From an uncultured Gammaproteobacteria bacterium (lineage in GTDB: Bacteria; Patescibacteriota; Patescibacteriia; Patescibacteriales; UBA12075): 64,000 nucleotides of DNA. A program made the translations under genes and the position numbers. The DNA lies in assembly GCA_964459725.1 (NCBI GenBank), contig CAYWNT010000003.1, positions 47,592 through 111,591 on the forward strand, read 5' to 3'. The notes beneath the pieces were generated by a model that saw nothing but the letters and a program-made list of their open reading frames with translations, made no database searches and was not told the DNA's origin. This document shows positions 58,162 through 64,000 of the stretch, piece by piece. Positions within the stretch are counted from its first letter, which is position 1; the number at the start of each line of letters is the position of its first letter.

Positions 58162-58323
58162 ATGAACCTTTCAGATCGGCAAATTACCAAATTTCAAGAA
58201 TTATATTATAACCGCTTTGGTGAAAAAATAAACCGAGAAGTGGCTCTTGAGCAAGGGATAAAACTTGTACGGTTAATGGAGTTGGTATTTAAACCTGCAA
58301 ATGATTCTGAAATTAAGGAATAA
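58162..58323 (+). CDS. possible unannotated small ORF (53 aa), tightly packed between neighbours
   Basis: Own translation: MNLSDRQITKFQELYYNRFGEKINREVALEQGIKLVRLMELVFKPANDSEIKE. ATG 2 nt after the upstream stop; the next gene starts 25 nt after its stop. Confidence 0.35.
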   Translation: MNLSDRQITKFQELYYNRFGEKINREVALEQGIKLVRLMELVFKPANDSEIKE

Positions 58324-58348
58324 TATCAAATAAATTACAATTAATATT

Positions 58349-59809
58349 ATGAACAATAACATTGAAAAATTACCGCCACAAAATATTGAAGCCGAACAAT
58401 CATTGCTCGGAAGTTTAATAATGGATAATAACGCAATAAGCAAAATCGGTGAATTATCAGAAAAAGACTTTTATAATGATAATCACAAAAAAATATTCTC
58501 TTGCATGAAAGAAATGAGCGATTGCGATATTATTAGTTTAACGGATAGATTGATGGAAAAAGATCTATTATCGAAAATTGGCGGGCGGGCGTATTTAGCT
58601 AAATTAACTAATTGCGTTATAACATCCACTAATGTAAGCAAACACGCTGAAATTATCCGAAAAAAGGCTATATTAAGACGATTAAACCATGTTGCTAACG
58701 AAATCAACGATCTAAGCTACAAAGAAGACGAGAATATAGACAAACTTCTAGATCAGGCTGAAAAAAAATTAAATAGGATTACTAATTCTTACACTGTAAA
58801 AAAAGCTCATTTCAAAATAGTTAAAGGCGATGAATTAATTGACATGAAAGAGCTTAAAACTCCTTACATTGTCGACAAGCTAATTCCTGAAGGAGCTATC
58901 ACTGCTATCACTGCCGATAGCGGACGTGGCAAATCATTGATAACATTAATACTCGCCTATCATATAGCTGGTGGTAAAAAATTGTTTGATATATTCGAAG
59001 TTAAACAAAATAGAGTATTAATCATCGATCAAGAGATGGATAACGATGTTATTTTGGGCAGATATAAGGCAGTAGTAAAAGAAAAAAATATTCCTATTGA
59101 TTTTATATATAACCAATTCTTGCAAATTGACTACGATAAAGATTATAAGTGGTTGATAAAAACTATTAAGGAGAAAGGATATAAAGTAGTGGTGTTTGAT
59201 ACATTAACCAACCTGCACTCTAAAAGCGAAAACTCCGCCGATGAAATGAAAGAAGTAAACAAGAAACTATTAAACTTAATTCATGAAACAGGCGTTTCAA
59301 TTATTTATCTACATCATCACAAGAAAAGACAACAAGGTGAAAATTTCAGTCAATCATCTTCAAGAGGAAGCACGGAAATAATTGCCAAGGTTGCCTCTCA
59401 TATTTTAATAGACAGTAAACACTGGATAGAGGATGAAATTACACATCTTAAATTAACTCTACAACAAGAAAAAGCTAGACGACCTGACAGGATAAGCAAA
59501 ATCGGCGTAAAAGTATTTTATGATCCATACTTAAAAGAGACTCATTGGGAGTATTTAGGAGAAATCAATGACAAAGAACAAAAAGCAGAAGAAGCAAAAA
59601 AGTTTATTCTTAACACCCTAGAATCAACCACATGGCTATCAATAGCTGAATTTAAAGAAAAAATGAACGATGGTAATTTAAAAATTGGAGAAAATAACTT
59701 AAGAGATGCTTGCCGAGATTTAGTCAAAGAAAAGAAAATCATAGAAGAATTAGGAAAAAACATCGAAAAAGAACAAAAACGAGCTAAATACTATAATTTA
59801 AATGAATAA
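58349..59809 (+). CDS. replicative-helicase-like protein: DnaB N-terminal domain fused to RecA-like/AAA_25 ATPase (plasmid/phage RepA-type)
   Basis: 486 aa; NIEAEQSLLGSLIMDNNAISKI...DFYNDNHKKIF (DnaB_N); Walker A TADSGRGKS; Walker B VVVFDTL. Confidence 0.7.
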   Translation: MNNNIEKLPPQNIEAEQSLLGSLIMDNNAISKIGELSEKDFYNDNHKKIFSCMKEMSDCDIISLTDRLMEKDLLSKIGGRAYLAKLTNCVITSTNVSKHAEIIRKKAILRRLNHVANEINDLSYKEDENIDKLLDQAEKKLNRITNSYTVKKAHFKIVKGDELIDMKELKTPYIVDKLIPEGAITAITADSGRGKSLITLILAYHIAGGKKLFDIFEVKQNRVLIIDQEMDNDVILGRYKAVVKEKNIPIDFIYNQFLQIDYDKDYKWLIKTIKEKGYKVVVFDTLTNLHSKSENSADEMKEVNKKLLNLIHETGVSIIYLHHHKKRQQGENFSQSSSRGSTEIIAKVASHILIDSKHWIEDEITHLKLTLQQEKARRPDRISKIGVKVFYDPYLKETHWEYLGEINDKEQKAEEAKKFILNTLESTTWLSIAEFKEKMNDGNLKIGENNLRDACRDLVKEKKIIEELGKNIEKEQKRAKYYNLNE

Positions 59810-59887
59810 AATTATCTTATTACTTGTTAATACTATATATAGTTTAATAATTAACAAGATAAATGGGTATACCCCATAAGTTAACTT

Positions 59888-60265
59888 ATGAAGTGTAAAT
59901 ATATCAAATCAAACAAAAAACGGTGTGATTCTAATGCGTTAAACGGAGATAAATACTGTTTTTGGCATTCAGACAATATAAATGATGCTGAAAAACAAAA
60001 AGCCAGAATAACTGGTGGTAAATCAAATATATCAAAAATAACCAACCCTCTCCCTCCTATGGAGATAAACGAGCCTGATGATGTTGTGAATTTACTAGCT
60101 GACACAATCGAGCGTGTACGAAATGGAGAAATGGACGTAAAAATTGCAAACTGCCTTGGCTTTCTTTCAAGTCATCTCATTAAAGCACTAGAACTGTCGA
60201 ATTTAAAAAATAAGGTCGAGGCAATAGAAAAAGTGTTTTATGAAAGAAAAATAAATATTAGATAA
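59888..60265 (+). CDS. hypothetical protein with N-terminal zinc-finger-like Cys cluster
   Basis: 125 aa; CKYIKSNKKRCDS...CFWH. Confidence 0.45.
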   Translation: MKCKYIKSNKKRCDSNALNGDKYCFWHSDNINDAEKQKARITGGKSNISKITNPLPPMEINEPDDVVNLLADTIERVRNGEMDVKIANCLGFLSSHLIKALELSNLKNKVEAIEKVFYERKINIR

Positions 60266-60267
60266 AT

Positions 60268-61158
60268 ATGAAAATTGATATTAAAAAACTATCAAAAGGA
60301 TCAAGTGCTCAAGATAAAGCAAGACTATTGTTTGCCAACCGTAATTTGCGAGGAGATACTGAACGCAAAGAAAACCTAATAGCACCCTCCGAAGAAGAGG
60401 CTATAATTGAAGATGCTCGAAAAAATAACCAAATAGCCGAGATAAATAAATACAACCAGCTATATAATTTGAATATATTTTCAATGCTTGATTTACAAGC
60501 TACGTTTTCTAATTTTCAGCTTGCAAAAAGTAGATTAGATATAGTTATTGTTGGATCAATGGTTAAAGGCGAAATGGATGATATAATTGGAGAAATATTC
60601 TACCATCTTGAAAATCAAAAAAAGAAAGAAGGTAAAAGTGATAATGAAGTAAATGCGTATTTTAATAAATTGGAACAAATAGAAAAGAAATACAAAAATA
60701 AATCACTAATTCAATCTTTTGATCATTTTGACCCGCCATTGATTAATCCAGATGAAGACAGAGAAAAATATAAAAAAACGATACAGCCAAATAAGTATAT
60801 TCAAATTAGATTTATGGATGTAGTGGATAGTATTAAAGATTATGAGAAACAGCTATATCTTGTTGACTATTTTAACAGGCAAGCAGGATTTAACTTATTA
60901 AGCGACAAACAAATAAAATCAATTGAAAGATATAAAGTTGAGATAGATGAATTTATCAATCTAAGAGGTGTAGAATTATCATTAAACATATATAAAAAAT
61001 TTGCCGAAAAAAAACTAATGCGAACTACCGATTTGCACAAACCATTGTTTCTTAAGACACTTAACAACCTCAAACAAGCCATCGAGCTAACTAATGACGA
61101 AATAAAATCCGTCGAACTTGAAGCCAAGGAATATATTAATCGAGAAATTCCTTTTTAA
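60268..61158 (+). CDS. hypothetical protein (element gene)
   Basis: 296 aa; 2-nt gap from the upstream gene; no motif recognised. Confidence 0.5.
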   Translation: MKIDIKKLSKGSSAQDKARLLFANRNLRGDTERKENLIAPSEEEAIIEDARKNNQIAEINKYNQLYNLNIFSMLDLQATFSNFQLAKSRLDIVIVGSMVKGEMDDIIGEIFYHLENQKKKEGKSDNEVNAYFNKLEQIEKKYKNKSLIQSFDHFDPPLINPDEDREKYKKTIQPNKYIQIRFMDVVDSIKDYEKQLYLVDYFNRQAGFNLLSDKQIKSIERYKVEIDEFINLRGVELSLNIYKKFAEKKLMRTTDLHKPLFLKTLNNLKQAIELTNDEIKSVELEAKEYINREIPF

Positions 61159-61352
61159 TTTAATCTATTAGCCTGTATATTGAAATTATTACTGTTTATG
61201 CTATACTATAAGTGCTTACCTAATACAATAAATACGCAAAGGTTTTTTAATTGTCGCCTGAAATGGGCGGTTCTACCGATAATTTTTTACCTTTGTGTAG
61301 ATGTATTGGGTAAGCTAGAACCGTCCTTTTTTGTTTACTAAATTATAATTAT

Positions 61353-62975
61353 ATGGAAACAAATAACAAAAAAACCAAATATTTCCTTTACGCTAGAAAA
61401 TCTAGTGAATCTGAGGACAGGCAAATGGCATCAATTGATTCTCAAATAAAAGAACTAGAAACTATAGCCAAACAAAATAATCTTGATGTAATAGAAACTT
61501 TCTCAGAATCTATGTCAGCCAAATCACCTGGGAGACCAGTTTTTAATGAAATGATAAGTAGAATTAAAAAAGGAGAGGCTAATGGTGTTATTTGTTGGAA
61601 ATTAAATAGGCTAGCTAGAAATCCAATAGACGGGGGAGAAATAAGTTGGATGATTCAACAAGGCATCATTGAGCATATCCAAACCTTTGGCAGAAGTTAC
61701 TACCCTACTGATAACGTAATAGTTATGGCAGTAGAACTGGGCATGGCAAATCAATTTATTAGAGATTTAAGTGTGGACACCAAAAGAGGGCTTAAAAGCA
61801 AAGCTGAAAGAGGCTGGTATCCAACATTCTCAGCTATGGGCTATATGCATAATCCATATAAATACAAAGGAGAAAAAGAAATAATCAAAGACCCCGAAAG
61901 GTTTTATTTAGTCAGGAAAATGTTTGATCTAATGCTAACTGGAATACATACTCCTCCTCAAATATTGAAAACAGCTACAGAAGAATGGGGTCTCCGAAAT
62001 AAGAAAGGAGGAAAAATTGCTAATAGCACTATTTATAGAATATTTAGTGACCCTTTTTACTATGGAGAGTTTGAATGCCCAAAAGGAAGTGGTAATTGGT
62101 ATAGGGGCAAACATGAGCCGATGATAACCAGAAAAGAATTTGATAACATTCAATTTTTACTTGGGAGAAAATGCAAACCCAGGGCTAAAACAAAACAATT
62201 CCCTTTTACAGGAATGATTAGATGTGGTGAATGTGGTGCTATGATAACCGCAGAAGATAAAGTAAAAAGACAAAAAAATGGAAATGTACATTATTATACA
62301 TATTACAGATGCACTAAACGTAAAGACCCGAATTGCACTCAAAAAACTATTAGAAAAGAATTACTTGAAGAACAAATAGTAAATGAGCTTGAAACAATAG
62401 AAATTCCAAGAGAATTTACAGAATGGGCATTTGACGTTATTAAAACTGAAAACAAAAAAAATTATTCTAGTAGAAATAATATTATTTCAAATCAACAGAA
62501 GCTCTATGATGAATGCTTAAGGAAACTTGATGGACTTATAGACATGAGAGCTAACAATGAGATAAACGCTGATGATTTCAACAGGAAAAAAACTGAATTA
62601 ACAAAAGAAAAAGAAAGAATACAGAAACTTCTTAAAGACTCTGATAAAAATAATGACAACTGGATTGAATCAGCTGAGAAGTTATTTTTGTTTGCTGAAA
62701 ACGCTAAGACTACTTTTCAGGATGGAGATATAAATACAAAGAAAGAGATACTATCCATTATCGGTTCGAACCTCACCCTAAAAGATAATATACTCAATAT
62801 TTCATTGAACAAAACTCTAGAACTCATAAAAAACATCTCTCCAGAGGTAAATACCATTCAAAAACGGTTAGAACCTCTCAATATGCCCGAAGATAAGCAA
62901 AAACTCTGGGCAAATTATGCCCAGAGTCCTATGTTGCTCCCGGGGTCGGATTCGAACCGACGACCAATTGATTAA
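61353..62975 (+). CDS. large serine recombinase (integrase) of the element
   Basis: 540 aa; resolvase-type catalytic domain (YARKSSESEDRQMASIDSQ...WKLNRLARN), recombinase domain, zinc ribbon (CGECGAMITAED...YYRCTKRKDPNC), coiled-coil C-terminus; the 3' end overlaps the tRNA-Asn 3' end. Confidence 0.85.
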   Translation: METNNKKTKYFLYARKSSESEDRQMASIDSQIKELETIAKQNNLDVIETFSESMSAKSPGRPVFNEMISRIKKGEANGVICWKLNRLARNPIDGGEISWMIQQGIIEHIQTFGRSYYPTDNVIVMAVELGMANQFIRDLSVDTKRGLKSKAERGWYPTFSAMGYMHNPYKYKGEKEIIKDPERFYLVRKMFDLMLTGIHTPPQILKTATEEWGLRNKKGGKIANSTIYRIFSDPFYYGEFECPKGSGNWYRGKHEPMITRKEFDNIQFLLGRKCKPRAKTKQFPFTGMIRCGECGAMITAEDKVKRQKNGNVHYYTYYRCTKRKDPNCTQKTIRKELLEEQIVNELETIEIPREFTEWAFDVIKTENKKNYSSRNNIISNQQKLYDECLRKLDGLIDMRANNEINADDFNRKKTELTKEKERIQKLLKDSDKNNDNWIESAEKLFLFAENAKTTFQDGDINTKKEILSIIGSNLTLKDNILNISLNKTLELIKNISPEVNTIQKRLEPLNMPEDKQKLWANYAQSPMLLPGSDSNRRPID

Positions 62976-63008
62976 CAGTCAACTGCGCTACCGCTGCGCT
63001 ACCCGGGA
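62937..63008 (-). tRNA. tRNA-Asn (anticodon GUU)
   Basis: Manual fold: acceptor UCCCGGG/CCCGGGA, D-stem GCGC/GCGC, anticodon stem GUUGA/UCAAU, loop CUGUUAA, T-arm GUCGG-UUCGAAU-CCGAC, discriminator G; CCA not encoded. Confidence 0.85.
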
Positions 63009-63070
63009 ATAATCAAATTATATCAAAAAAATAAACTGCGTTCCGACTGAAACGTCGGAGCCAAATAATA

Positions 63071-63334
63071 TCATGGCTTCATTTTAATGAAACCATCTTT
63101 TATTATTTTTTCAATATAATCTCTTCTTTTCAACTTTTTTAATTTTCTTTCAATAGTACGAGCTTCTAATAAATTCTCATACTCTTGATGAAAAACTAAA
63201 CTAATCTCCCCAAATCTTTTTGTTGAAGGAGTATATCCATTTTTGTGATGTTGAAATCTTTTTTCTAAATCTATTGTACTCCCAATGTAATATCTTCCAT
63301 CACGTATGCTTTTTAAAATATAAACATAAGGCAT
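63071..63334 (-). CDS. GIY-YIG domain nuclease, small stand-alone (UPF0213/YhbQ-like)
   Basis: 87 aa; YVYILKSIRDGRYYIGSTIDLEKRFQHH matches GIY...YIG...R...H. Confidence 0.8.
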   Translation of the reverse strand: MPYVYILKSIRDGRYYIGSTIDLEKRFQHHKNGYTPSTKRFGEISLVFHQEYENLLEARTIERKLKKLKRRDYIEKIIKDGFIKMKP

Positions 63335-63621
63335 AAGTTTTAATATGCGTTCCGACGTTTCAGTCGGAATCCCGACCTTGCGTCGGGGCTACCCAATAAT
63401 CCGCCAGCTGGCGGATTATTTTCAAAAAAAACAATGCCTGAAAAGACTTTCATAGCATCTATAATAATATTACCAAATACTCAAAATATGTCAATAAGTT
63501 ATTCGCTTCACGAAGTCCGTGCTATCCCGAGTGCTCGGGAGAACACATCCAAATTTTTAATCATTGTTTATCCTTTCGACTTTATAGACTTTCCTGCTTG
63601 TCGACAGACAGGCGACTCAAT

Positions 63622-64000
63622 TTAATAATCCCTCAATTTCTGTATTCCCTCATGCTTCTGCACTTTCTCAAGCGCCTTGGCCTCAATCTGCCTAATACGC
63701 TCACGAGTTACGTCGAATTCACGACCTACCTCTTCTAGTGTATGTGCCACACCATCAGAAAGACCGAATCTCATTTCCAAAATCTTCTGCTCTCTTGGAG
63801 CTAGTTGTACAATCACTTCTTTCACATAATCCTTCAGGAGTCTAAGCGCGGCTGATCTATCTGGAGAAACGTTCTTTACGTCTTCAATAAAGTCCTCCAA
63901 GGTAGAATCCTCATCATCGTCACCGACAGATGTTTCAAGTGAAATAGTATCTTGGGAAATCTTTATAATATGTCTAACCTTGTCTATGTCTTCATCCATT
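63622..64000 (-). CDS. RNA polymerase sigma-70 family factor, C-terminal part (regions 3-4); gene continues beyond the window end
   Basis: LAPREQKILEMRFGL...HTLEEVGREFDVTRERIRQIEAKALEKV is sigma region 4.2 (HTH). Confidence 0.75.
   Translation of the reverse strand, partial: MDEDIDKVRHIIKISQDTISLETSVGDDDEDSTLEDFIEDVKNVSPDRSAALRLLKDYVKEVIVQLAPREQKILEMRFGLSDGVAHTLEEVGREFDVTRERIRQIEAKALEKVQKHEGIQKLRDY

Larger units (their letters stand above)
49761..62933. mobile_element. putative ~13.2-kb integrative element inserted in the 3' end of tRNA-Asn(GUU); serine-recombinase type
   Basis: Flanked by 23-nt direct repeats. Large serine recombinase is adjacent to the tRNA; carries a DnaB-N/RecA-like replication ATPase and an MTase + DUF262-HNH pair. 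Right ~9 kb is very AT-rich (~17-30% GC by hand counts); left ~4 kb (hisS, LOG-like) is backbone-like. Confidence 0.55.

Noticed and set aside
1-64000. CRISPR arrays, rRNA genes, IS transposases
   Set aside because: No regularly spaced direct repeats, no rRNA-like conserved blocks, and no DDE/HUH transposase-like ORFs were seen. The only recombinase is the serine integrase at 61353-62975.

Overview
AT-rich bacterial chromosomal window: backbone about 37-45% GC by hand counts of sample 60-nt stretches. Genes are compact and mostly on the minus strand. I found no rRNA genes and no CRISPR array.

Backbone content:
- Translation and replication: thrS with a T-box leader, dnaE, typA/bipA, a DEAD-box helicase, tsaB, a partial tsaC/Sua5 at the left edge, and a partial sigma-70 gene at the right edge.
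- A dcw-type cluster: mraZ-rsmH-ftsL-ftsI-murF.
- A cell-envelope polysaccharide cluster at 25.5-31 kb (GT1-like, Wzy/O-antigen-ligase-like, GT2, Wzz-like).
- Two tandem GH5 glycoside hydrolase paralogs, a PAS hybrid histidine kinase, an M23 peptidase, and several secreted or lipoprotein hypotheticals.
- A GC-enriched lipoprotein gene pair at 19.6-21.4 kb that looks compositionally foreign.

The gene content (truncated tsaB, many small secreted proteins) fits a small-genome, possibly Patescibacteria-like organism. That is inference only.

Most notable region: 48.5-63.0 kb appears to hold tandem integrative elements at a tRNA-Asn(GUU) gene.
- An intact ~13.2 kb element (49761-62933) carries a large serine recombinase that reads into the tRNA 3' end. 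It also carries a DnaB-N/RecA-like replication ATPase, an EcoRI-methylase-like adenine MTase plus a DUF262-HNH nuclease pair, and an unusual cargo cluster (hisS, a type-I PRTase-domain protein, a LOG/TIGR00725-like protein and an unknown).
- A decayed ~1.2 kb remnant of a related element (48549-49760) carries a recombinase C-terminal pseudogene fragment.
- The element also contains a 120-nt region of interleaved, pseudoknot-compatible inverted repeats and a (TAA)7 microsatellite abutting a start codon.

All calls rest on motif recognition by eye. No database search could be run.
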